A DNA stretch of 63,325 bases, the filler included, from Hausera hauseri (taxonomy: Eukaryota): the NCBI GenBank assembly GCA_046269625.1. It is 12 parts of 12 records of this genome, joined end to end, with 100 filler letters (N's around TTAATTAATTAA, not from the genome) between each part and the next. Parts side by side here need not be neighbours in the genome. Positions count along the whole stretch, not along the records: positions 48,076 to 53,398 come from JBJURY010279618.1; positions 53,499 to 58,360 come from JBJURY010411811.1; positions 58,461 to 63,325 come from JBJURY010410921.1; 9 more parts are not named here. One strand, 5' to 3'. Below the pieces are notes generated by a model. It saw nothing but the letters and a program-made list of their open reading frames with translations. It was not told where the DNA came from and did no database searches. Shown in pieces: positions 48,076 through 59,665 of the stretch (its first letter is position 1; each line of letters opens with the position of its first letter). The position numbers and the translations under genes were made by a program.

Positions 48076-51000
48076 TCGACAAAGAATATTATCTTGTTTC
48101 GCTGCAATAAGTATCTAATAGGAATACTTTTTGGTTGCCTTCCGGGTCTTTTACTCGTCGTGACAAATTTAGTAGTCGTACTAGACGTTGTCGTCGTTCT
48201 TATTGGAATCTTCCAATTTTTTCTTCGTAAACGATATCCTCTTAGGTATATGCTTGGGTGATTTGGTCTGACCTTATATAGGTCGAACTGTATCTTATAA
48301 CTGTGCCCTTTGGGTATTTTACAGCACGGTTTTGGGATCCATCGGCTGATAGTGCAGTATCTCGCTGGCTGATTTGGTTCTTTAGACGGTATAAATTGAA
48401 CCGAGATCTGGTAGGATTCGGTTAAACTTGTTCTAGTTTTAATCTGAATACATGCGTTTTCCAAATCCTTGGAGACTTCAATTATATTTTCATCTAATAA
48501 TTTAATTTGAGGGTCAGTACTTTGAACTATGTTGGATAATTTTACGTTATTCGATAGTACTTGTTTCGGCATAGCTATTTCGACCAGCGGTCGTATATCT
48601 GCTCTAATGACCTCATAGGGGTAATAATACATAAGTAGTACATATCTGTATGTTCGTCCGAAATCCAGTTCTCAACAATTTCTATAAATTCCATATGAAA
48701 ACTCGCAATCCTTTATCCTTTCACTGTTCTGATCAGTAAATTTTATACGAATTTTCGTATATTCTTTAATAGCTTTGTCAGTTTTGAACCAAATACAGGG
48801 CTTTTTCCAATCTGTGTCATAGGCTTTCATTGTTTTTAAATTTCCCACATCTTTTCGTTCTTCCAAGCGTTGCTGTTCCTCTTTGATTTTAGCTTCCCTT
48901 CCACTTTTGCTAATTCCATATACATCTGTTAAACTGGATTCACGATCGTCCCACCATTGTGCTTTAGTCTTAGGAACATAAGAGGCGATTAATGATAACG
49001 CTAAAATTATCTGTACGTAAGATATTGGTCTATTGATTATAGAGTATATCTTTGTTTTCCTTTTGTCTTGATTTGGGTTGGATCGCAAATTGTAACGTTT
49101 TCCTGGCCTTATTTCCGTTTTAACAACTCTGTATAGATACTATTTCTTTACCGTTTTTATTAATGTAAACAGTGATTTGTGTGGTTCGAATAACTTCGTA
49201 AGTCCCTCGTCCGGTACGAGTAAGTTTTAATGACGTACCTTTCTTTGCAACTGGATAATGCATGTAGACCCAGTTTTCTTTTCTAAATCGTGGGGTTTTG
49301 CCTTCTTATCATATTGTTTCTTAAAATGCTCTTGATACTCAAGGGTAAGCGTCTTACTATATCCCAACAATTTTATAATCTCATTTGTAAGACTTCTGAG
49401 AAGTTCGGTTCTAAATATTCCGGATTCGCGTGATACGGAGTCATTTCTAAGTCCGTAGGTAATATCGCTTCGCGCCCATACATCATAAAAATGGTGTAAA
49501 CCCTGTGGCGGGATGTGGAGTCGTGTTAATAGCAAATTGCGTTCCTTCTAAAAATTCATTTCAGTCTTTTTATCCTTCGCGACTACGGTCGGTAAGACTC
49601 GTAGGACTGTTTCATTCATAAGTTCGACCATTCCGTTACACTGCGGGTGATATGCGGTGGTGGTGAGTCGTTTGATTTCGAAAATTTTTGAAATTTTATA
49701 GAATAATTCGCTTGTATAATTTCTTCCTCTATCGGTTAGTATCTTATCGGGGGTCCATATCTGCAAATAACTTTCCTTACTACTGCGTCTACTAAAGTTT
49801 TTGCCTTCTGGTCAATTAGTGCAATTAATTCAACTAAATGTGTTAAGCGGTCCACGCATGTAAAAATGTATTTGTTTTTTTTGTGAGTCGTAGGTAAAGG
49901 TCCTATTATATCTATAGACATAGCTTACATAGGTATGTCTGGTACGTCGATCGGTTTTAATTCTGCTATATAGTTTTTCACTTTCTTCTGCTTCGTTGCA
50001 GAGACTTCACAAGCGTCCATCCAGTTTTTTACATCGATATAAACGCTTGGCCAATAGTACTTATTCATTATCCTTTCTAATGTTTTCTTCCATGACATAT
50101 GTCCAGTTAACTGTGAATCATGTTCGGCCATTAACACTTCCGTCCGTAATCCTTTTGGATTAACTACCAGTTTCCGTCCCTTTCGTTCGTAATGTACAAT
50201 ATTATCCGGATTTGATGCATAATATTTATCTTTGTGTCTCTAAGTCTTTCCTTAGCTGACGTCCTTTTGGTATTTCATCTTGCTCGGCAAATTTGAATAT
50301 TTGTTGGATAACTTTGTCTTTAGCTTGTTCTGAAGAAATTTTAATTGTTTTATTTAGTGTTAAAGCACTTTGTCGTTCGATTAATTCTTCGAGTTGGGCT
50401 TTCTTCATGGTCGTAATTGTACTCGTTTTTGTTTTAAGTCTCGATAAAGCGTCTGCGTCGATATGTTTGCTTTCGGGTTTGTACTGGAATTCAATATTGT
50501 ATCGGGAGATTTCCTCGATCCACCGATTTAATCTACATGTCGGTTTATTGGCCCGCCTTTTAGCGTCGTAACAGCCTTGCGATCGGTAACTATAATAATT
50601 TTCTGCCCATAAACGTAGACATTGAAATGTCTTAAGGCTTCTTTTACGGCTAGTGTTTCTATTTCAGTTACTGAATAATTTTTCTCGGCTTTTTTAAGCG
50701 ATCGTCCTTCGTATGCAATTGGATGTTCCAATTTTTCATCTTCTCGTTTCTGAGGAAATTCGTAACCTATTCCCTCTACTCGCGTCTGTTTTAATTATAA
50801 ATGGTAAATTGAAATCGGGGTATCACAACACTGATTTACGTGTTAGAATTTTCTTTATTTCATCGAACGCTTTCTGTTCAACCTCGGTCCATTTCCATTT
50901 GATTCCTTTTTTCAATAGCCGATATAATGGCTCATTTATCTTCGAGTTGTCTGGTACATAAGTGACATAATATCCACATAAGCTTAGCCAATGCCTTAAT

Positions 51001-53398
51001 TCTTTATGATTTTGGGATTCCATACAATCCGATATTTTATTTAGTAAGATTTATCTGGCTTTGACCCTCCTTCTCCGACTATATGTCCAAGATAGGATAC
51101 AGCATTTTGTGCCCATTTGCATTTCTTTGGGTTCAGTTCTAATCCTGCCTGTTCCAACCGCATAAGAGTGTCTTCGATGTCCTTTAGGTGTTCCTCTTCT
51201 GTTCTTGATGCTATCATTAATCGTCTAAGTATGCGAACGCGTGATCGAGTCCCATTAACATTTTATTCATCATTCTGGTGAAGATAGCTGAGCCGGTTGT
51301 TATACGGAACGGCATGACGTTAAATTCGTAAACTCCGTCGTGTGTCTTAAATGCCGTTTTATAAGTCATCTTCAATTTCTACTTGCCAATATCCTGATTG
51401 CACATCCAACGTGGGAAACCACTTTGCTCCTGATAATCGGTCTAAAGCTTCTTTTACTGGCGGTAGTGGAAATGAGTCTTTCATCATAAGTGTGTTCGGG
51501 GCTCTGTAATCTATACAGAATAGATGTTTTGTGGTACCCTTTTTCTTGACCATGAGTATTGGCGAGTACCAAGACCAGTAGCTTGGTCGTATTATGTCAG
51601 CCTTCAGCATACGTTTTACTTCTTTTGTTATTTCAGGCCTTAATGAATGCGGTGGTGGGTACCATTTAGGCATCTTTTGGTCCTCCAAATCGATTTCGTC
51701 ATTGGAACCAGGTTTCTTTTTTAACGGAATAGTTAATCTTAAGGTTTTTGCTCTACCTATATCTTCCTCGTTTTGGGCGATAATCGACTTATATTTGCAT
51801 AATAATTCGTAAAATTGATAATATGCTTCTGGTGAAAATTTTGTCTCAAAATGAAGTGGAAACTCGGCATATTTATAAGGTTTTTCTTCTATTGTTATTG
51901 CCGATACTTTGTAAGTATAACCCAATGTAGTGTTGGCATACAGCTTTACGGGAGTTGGCGCGTTATTAACCAATCTGACTGGTACTCTTCCTGTCGTTAT
52001 TCTTGTCAAAATGTTACTGAGTATGACATTTGGGTTAACGTCTTCTTGTGGCTCGAAGTATACTGGTTGATCATCCTCCTCGCGTATTTGAGCATAAATT
52101 AGCATTTCGGTTCTGGGCGGAATATTCTCGTCGCCGGGAATCCATACTTCGCCTAGTTTCCTCTTTCATTGTCTTAATACCTTTCACTTGTCCAAGTTCT
52201 AGTAGTTTCCCCGTATGTAAATTTATTGCGATATTGGGTAATTGTTTCAGTATGTCGCAACCTAACACTACATCATCGCTTAGTTGGTCCACTGCGGCAA
52301 ACTCGTGTCGAAGGATTTGGCCCATTAATTGGACTAAGGGACTCCATTTAAATTTCTGTTTGGATTCTTGCCCGAAGGCTTCTATACTGCCTGGGTCTGA
52401 CGACGAGGCTGGGTGCAATTGTTTTTGTAGCATTGGTGGTATTGATTCCAGTTTAATAGACGATTTCTCTGATCCGGTGTCGATTAAGGTGTAGACTTCC
52501 CAATCCTCGATGGTAACTTTTGTGAAGGGTCTCCATTCCATAACTGTTCCATAACAACTTGACACGTCCTTTGGTCGTTTAACTGAAGAAATTTTATGTC
52601 CGTTTATCCTTATTTCTGGTGATGAAATGATATTTTCAGCCAGATGTTTCGGCTCTTCATTCGGATATAAATCGTTGATTGCGATGCTATCTACATAGTT
52701 TCTAATTAGTGATTCTTGTACTATTGGTTTTGGGAGCGATTTCATTCCTTGTGTTCCCCAGACTGTTGATCTTGTCTCTATATTACTAGCTATTCTCGGT
52801 GAGTACAATATCCTATGATCATCTTCCGCTCGTCGTTGATTAGTGATCTGCATTTTCTTTAATACTCCGTATTGTTTTGTTCCTTCGTAAGGGTCCTCAT
52901 AGCTAAAAGGTTTCCGACGGTATTCCGATTTGTATGACACCATAGATGTTCTATCGCAATCTTCATATATTGGAGCTATTGGTGGAATGATGGGCAAGGG
53001 TGCCTTAATTACTGAATACATCTTGTGTCTGTTTTGTCTGAGGTTCGCTTCTCCTCCGTAAGGCTCGTCATCATCGGAATTATCTCTTCGTGTTATTGGT
53101 TTCTTAGTTTTGCGTTTGGATAGAAATGTGGGTCTTGCTCGTCGTTTATAATTATGATAGCCGACATGTCGTTCAACGTCATTTTTCCATCGATTTTCCT
53201 CGTACGCTTTGAGCATTTTGCCGAACGGGGTGATAATTGCGATTAAGTTCTTGCAGGAAAATCCTGTTAGCATAAATATTTCATACCCATTTATGATCGA
53301 TTGGATTACCGTCTTTACCAGTTGTACCAAGAAATAGATCGCTAAAAATCCAGATACGGCTTTTCCAAAAATTAAAAATCTTCCCCATATTTTGTAGA
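48076..53398 (-). mobile_element. Ty3/Gypsy element: glycoprotein-like TM segment - PR - RT - RNase H - IN - extra signal-peptide ORF
   Basis: LIDTGS (PR); WYSPILMVKKK, FCIDYR.PN, LDVQSGYWQ (RT); IAYEGRSL..AEKNYS.TE.E.LA (RNase H); H...GH, IDIIGPLP, TDRG.NY, TTAYHPQCNG.VE (IN). Confidence 0.92.
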
Positions 53399-53498
53399 NN
53401 NNNNNNNNNNNNNNNNNNNNNNNNNNNNNNNNNNNNNNNNNNTTAATTAATTAANNNNNNNNNNNNNNNNNNNNNNNNNNNNNNNNNNNNNNNNNNNN

Positions 53499-54640
53499 CA
53501 GATTACTTAGTTGGGCCGTGATGGCAGAAACTGAATGTTGTAGAGTATCGTATTGTTTCTGCATTAATTGTAGTTACTGTGCAAAAACAGTCGTGTCTAC
53601 GTGCGATGGAGTGTGCGTGGTTGCTACAGCTACGGGTTGTGAATTGTTAGTTTGTAAAATTTCGAAACTTTTATCAGCCAATAGGGTAAGTTTTCAATTG
53701 CTGTCGAGTTGTCAACGACAGTAAGGAGAGCTCTGATGAAAGTGGGCAAGGAAGAGAGAAAATAACGACGAATCAAGTCTGCATTGTTAGTGGGGGTAAC
53801 GCCAAGAGCACTTAGGTGTGAAATAGAGGTCTGCAGAAAGTCAGAAGGCTTATGATTGCCCATAGCATGTTTGTTAAAGTACTTCTGTATTACATTATCA
53901 ATCTATAAATCGGTAATATGAAGAACAAACTCATAAAGCATGTCATATGGTGTTGGTAAAGTAAGGATATTAGCAAGATTATTGATTTGATGCTTGATAT
54001 TTGCTGGGAGAAGAAGTAACAAGCTGTTGGCGCGCAAGAAAAAATGGGTAATATGATTGGCTTTAAGCTATTGTAAATGAAATTGTAGCCAAGTGCGGCT
54101 TGAATTAGTTTTATCAAGGAAGAACTCTGTGCAAGGAAGGTTAGGAGAAGCAGATTGTGCAGTCAGCAGGGCGATTGCCAGATCTTGTTTTGGGGGAATT
54201 TTCAGCAGAAGGATCAGGGGCCGAACCACCCCGGATGTGGATGTGAAGAGTGAGATGAATGATCGGAGAAGCGAAGGAAGAAAGTGAGTCAGACGGGTGT
54301 AGCACAAAACCATGGTGCGACAAATAAAAGTCGGAAGTATGTAGAAAAGAGGATAGAGACATATAGAGGGTGTAAGCAATGTCCGTATTACTAGTGTGTA
54401 TGGTAGAAATATGTTATTTTTAAAAAGAAAAAAAAGGGATTGACGAGTGATGCTAGAGGCGTGTTGTGGCGCACGGATCACAGACGCGCCCAGGTTTCCG
54501 ACCAAATGATGTTCGGGCCGCATAGCCGAGGGGACAGTCGCCAAAACTAATCTCTGATGGCCAGTGTTCATCGCAGACTGTTCGGGTGCTCTGTATATGT
54601 CAATGAGTTTAGAGAGTAGTGGATGTTTAATTAACCACAC
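53499..54640 (-). mobile_element. Ty3/Gypsy 5' region and gag fragment, same family as 15500-18430
   Basis: MGNHKPSDFLQ...LSALGVT...NADLIRRYFLSSLP and CTEFF.D..NSS...L.FH match 15950-16450. Confidence 0.8.
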
Positions 54641-54699
54641 CTTATAATTCGAATAACCATAGAAAGAATCGGTATAACAAGCATGATCATCAATAAAAG

Positions 54700-56741
54700 G
54701 AATATCGTCACAACTATCGCCAATTCATAAATGGTTTTCCGCTTCAAACAGTGTCACTGAATCCGAATAGAGGTCGTCATTATCAATAATAATAAAGGCG
54801 TCTTGTTGAATTTTCTTCAATTCCGAATCCGTCTTTTTCAACAGATCACAAGCTCCATCCACATCTGGTGATCGTTTCATTCCGGATTGTGGCAGTATAG
54901 GTAATGAAAACTAAGTATTCGGTTATGAGTGCGTCGGTTCTGGTGACGGTGATGTTTTTCGAAATATGGAATTTGGTAACGTGTTACAGTAGTCATCGGC
55001 AACCAAACTGGTCTCATTTTCGAAAAGTGTTTGCTTCTTGTTGGAAAGTCCTGATACGTAGAGTGAGGCAACGGTATAGCTCGTTGTCATTGGATGGTTT
55101 GATATGAAATCGTCGTAGGGATCATCGGGTATAATCGTACGAGTACAAGAATGGACATCGGATGGAATATCCAAATCACAAATGACTGCCAAATTGCGAT
55201 TCAAAGTGGTGGTCGTATCAATCAATAATTGCCCTGAAGAGTTTTGACGATGTTTTTTATGCATAGTTTTATCGATAAGCTCTTCTTAAATTTGATATAG
55301 AGTATTAGTCGTTTGTTTATTGTTGTTTCTAATCGGCATACATAATATTGGATTTAATAAGAGAAATTGTTCCGAATGCATTTCATAAAATTCCGGTCTG
55401 TCTAATAATTCAATATCAGAAATTGTTACATTATTGTCCAATGTAAAATCTCTTTTAAAGTCTTTTGAAGCAACACAAATATTGAATGGTACGGTTACAA
55501 ATAAATAACAATTTGTGTCATTGCGCTTTCCAGTTTGGTGGTGATCAGATTCTATGGGCAAATTACTCTGTGTTACGACATTATCGAAGCGATCAGTAGT
55601 GGTAGTACTTCTCGTTGCTGTATTGGGTGGTACATCGTAATCATTATCTACATCGTTCTGATTTACACACTCATGAAAAACATTTTCCACGTTTTTATTA
55701 AATATTTAAAGCAGACTACTACATGATTCATAAACATACAATTACGTGAGGAATTACTATTCATTGTTATTTTGTAATTACTACTACATTTTGGATAAAG
55801 TAAATTTAAATCTTCATTAATAATATCGTAAGAATTTCGCGATGTGACACACGTTAAATCATTCAATTCAAAATCGTGATTGGTTTGGTTCTGTTTTTTG
55901 TTTTCATTTATGCGTTTGATTTCGTCACTTGGTATTAAAATTGATATCACTGAATTTTCAGAATAGTCAGTGGTTTTTGCATTTTTAATTATTTCATTTC
56001 CACAATCTGTGGAGTTTATTTTAACTGGTTCATGATCTATCTGTAAAAGTTCAACAGACGTATTTAAATTGTCATTTGAAAATAAAGGAATAATTTTATT
56101 CTGATCAGTACTTGTCTCAATTAATTCAATTTCGTTGGTGGTATTTCCTAATTGTAAATTATCACGTATTTTAATATCGCTGGCTTTTTCATTCTGAATA
56201 ATACAAAAATTGGAGTCGCGGGATGGTATTATACGTGCAATCAAATTCACCGACCTTCGATCTGCGTGTTGGCCGCGGCATGCGCAGCTCGCCGAAAATG
56301 AACCCTCGGATCGCCGGTAGGTTTCTGAATCCACAAAATCGGAACGGCTGCGTACAGGAATGTAGCTGAGATTTCTGAGACTTCTGACACCATTTATCAA
56401 GTTTAATATTATCTGTAACGATGTTTCTGCCAGAACTGACGAAACCGACGTCTTTCTGTCCATAATGAATTTCCGTAATTCCGTTTGAAATTCAGCATGT
56501 TTGCTCTGGTTGTTTTCTCTTTCGCATATTCATAATCATGATCCTTGGGTAACAGTTTCATCTGTAGGTCAACGTCTTGTGTGACTTCATTATACGCGCT
56601 TGCTGTTTTGTTAATCCAATTCTGGAAACCGTCAAGAGAATCGTTGCTGGTTTTAATCCACATAAAGCTTTGGCATTTGTTATCAATTTCTTGCTTTACA
56701 TCTATATTTGTTTTTTCTTCTCCAATATTTGCAGTAGTGCC
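54700..56741 (-). pseudogene. Unidentified long disrupted coding region
   Basis: Consecutive or overlapping minus-strand ORFs (56409-56663, 55663-56463, 55286-55690, 54923-55264) downstream of a pyrimidine-rich AG acceptor near 56742. No family recognised. Confidence 0.35.
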
Positions 56742-58596
56742 CTAATTGAACATGTTAAATAATGAAAAAAGAAAATCGATCAAGAAGGCTAACAAAAAAT
56801 GTAACACCGTAAAAAACATGTCGGACCGATTCGAGTAAAAAAATCAGTTCTTTTTGAATATTCAAAAAAAAGGTCGGGTGAATGAGACTATCATGCACTA
56901 ACCCCCACGACTCCGTTATTTTGATGTGGTACGTAGTTTTGAAAAATTGTGAGAATGTAATAGTAGGTGATTATGCGTTGTCGAGAACAGGGTCAGCATG
57001 TAAGTGCGCATGTGTGTTGGATTATAATAAATATCTAAAGCAAAATTGTAATAGTTATCCAAATTATCTTGATAACCGAGAACAAAATTTAACAGCTATT
57101 TGACAATATAATTGAAAATAAAATGGACGAGAAAATCAATTGTATTTTTTTTTAAATTTTTTAATTGCAGTATTAAAACAAAATAACACAATCAATGTCA
57201 TTGGGGTCATTGGAATCACCCATATCTCTTTGCGTTTTTGTCGAATTGTTTGTCTAACGATATTTCTGGTTTGAACTGTTTGTTTATTAGCCAACGATTT
57301 TTCCAGTTCTTCCAGCGTCATTGACAAATATTCAGAGATTTTATCATTAAATTCCATAATAATACTATTACTACTACTGTAGTTGACAGATAGTAATGCA
57401 GTAGAGTTGGCGATTGAGAAATAAAATAATAATAAAACGCAGAACAAGTCACACACTGATATAAATGAAATCTACATCATCATCACACACAAAACGACAA
57501 AAATACACAAAACAACGTAGCAGACAACACCAATAGGTTACAACACAGCAAAAATGTAAATTGAAATAACAATGATTTGGCCACTGAGTGTTAGAATTAG
57601 CACACAACGGAAAGTAGTAACACCACGAACGACGACAACGATGTCGTTAAATTTACAATAACAATAACGACCGAGGAAAATAAAGAAAAGAAACAGGAGA
57701 CAATTCAATAGGATACATCTATTATTATTACGAAATCTTTCAATATTCACGACATCTTTTACCAAATTGAACAACGATTGGTTTCTCAAATAGTAAAACC
57801 CGTTTGTCATTTCCAATGCCATATTTTCATTGAACATTGCAGTAGCTATTTTGTCAAAGCATGTCATGAGTGATATGGTAAATTTCACAAGAATGTTATC
57901 GAAATTATTATCTTGGGTTGCATTCAAATTTGTTTTCGTTTGATAATCTTTATACTTTTTTCGGAAACTGGTAACTGAACCTGCATAATATCGACACCTG
58001 TTCTGATACCAAGACCAGCAGTCAGAACTGTTTAATTACCTTGATGTGAAAGGTTAAAATTGAGTGATCGAGCACTCTTTGGAAGACTTGCAGTATTTAG
58101 AAAAGGTCCGCCTTTCTCTGTTGGTTCCAATCGTACTTCATTGTTATGAACGTTAAGTATGTCAGAAATGACTGCGAATTAAAAGTCGACCAACCAAAGA
58201 AGCCTTTGCATTACGTTGATGTGCATACGACAATATCCGATATCTTTCTTTGTTTTGGATACAACCAGTTGCCTTTAACCATTCAGGTTTACTCTATATC
58301 CAATTTGCTGTATTAAATACATAAGGAAGGAATATTCTTGAAATTGGATTTTGTTTTATTNNNNNNNNNNNNNNNNNNNNNNNNNNNNNNNNNNNNNNNN
58401 NNNNTTAATTAATTAANNNNNNNNNNNNNNNNNNNNNNNNNNNNNNNNNNNNNNNNNNNNCATAAACCCTTAATTATTCCATATTACTTGAGGAAGAACA
58501 CAACACGATTTTTTAAAATAACTGTATTAACATAAAAATCACAACACTTGTGTAACACTGCTATCTTCAGTGACGGTATCATTATCACTGTGTTCA

Positions 58597-58824
58597 TCAA
58601 CGTCCGAATAAATTACCACTGGCGCCACCAATGCGATATATATTACCTCTATTGTCATATTGGCCAACGGCATAATTACATTCTGCCTTGCAAATTGGAC
58701 AAGTAATGTTGTATCGCATCCAAGTTTCGAGGTAATAAATGCAGAATATAAGATCTTTACATGTTGCTAATGTTGCATTGAAACGGCTCCTCTCCTCGAG
58801 ACAAACTGCACATGTTCTGTTCAT
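58597..58824 (-). pseudogene. Small RING-finger protein (two ligands degenerate)
   Basis: MNRTCAVCLEE.......CKD.IFCIYYLETW.....TCPICK; downstream of pPolB on the same strand. Confidence 0.65.
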
Positions 58825-59124
58825 TTTGAAATAATGACAGAGTAATACAAGTATTGATGTATAGTATTGGATTATTAATGAGTGTAACAATTATTGCATT
58901 GATTCATTGTATTGATGAGAGTATTCATTAATGTATTGATTCATGTAGTGAGTAGTTTCACATGCATTAGCTTAATGGGGCATATGTTACCTATAGTTCA
59001 TCTCAATTAGCTATATTACCAGCATATTCCATATATAGTACCTGCAGATTACCCATATTACTTGCATTACCCATATTAATTGTATTTTAGACATACACAC
59101 TTGCGCGCGCCCATACACACAGAC

Positions 59125-59465
59125 ATGTCATAGCCAATTCATTTCCCAAGTTACTTCATTATACCCGCACACACATGCACACAAGCACACATGCACAAAA
59201 ACACCCACTTACACATAAAGACCTGATAGCCAATTTATTTCCCAAGTTACTTCATTATACATGCACAAACACACACACGACGTATACCTGAGCTATACAT
59301 TTTCCCAAGTTAGTTGCATTTTACATACACCCACAGAGGAAAACACAGACATATATCTGAGCTATGCCCTTTCTCAGGTTACTTACATTTTACCAGCACA
59401 GATAAGCATACAGACATATATCTTAATCATTCATTTCTCAAGTTACTCGCATTTTACCAACACAC
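59125..59465. repeat. Five-unit tandem array (64-96-nt spacing)
   Basis: Core tttc(c/t)ca(a/g)gtta near 59142, 59238, 59302, 59370 and 59434, separated by CA-rich stretches. Confidence 0.75.
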
Positions 59466-59665
59466 ACACTATAAAAGTGTTTAGAGTTATGCCAAAGTTA
59501 TATTGTTAGGAAATAAATGTGTTATAAAATTAGTTGGCCTTATCCTACACAGTAGTTAAATAGTTTTACTTGGCCTTATCTTATATTTTACATTATTTGA
59601 TCAAGAAGACAACACGACATTTCTATAAAAGATTTATTAAACAAAGAATAACAATATGTACATAT

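Noticed and set aside
5329-58460. Regularly recurring TTAATTAATTAA palindrome, and apparent gene neighbourhoods across it
   Set aside because: It is an artificial linker inside N runs. Adjacency across linkers carries no biological information, so the Polinton pieces cannot be joined into one element.
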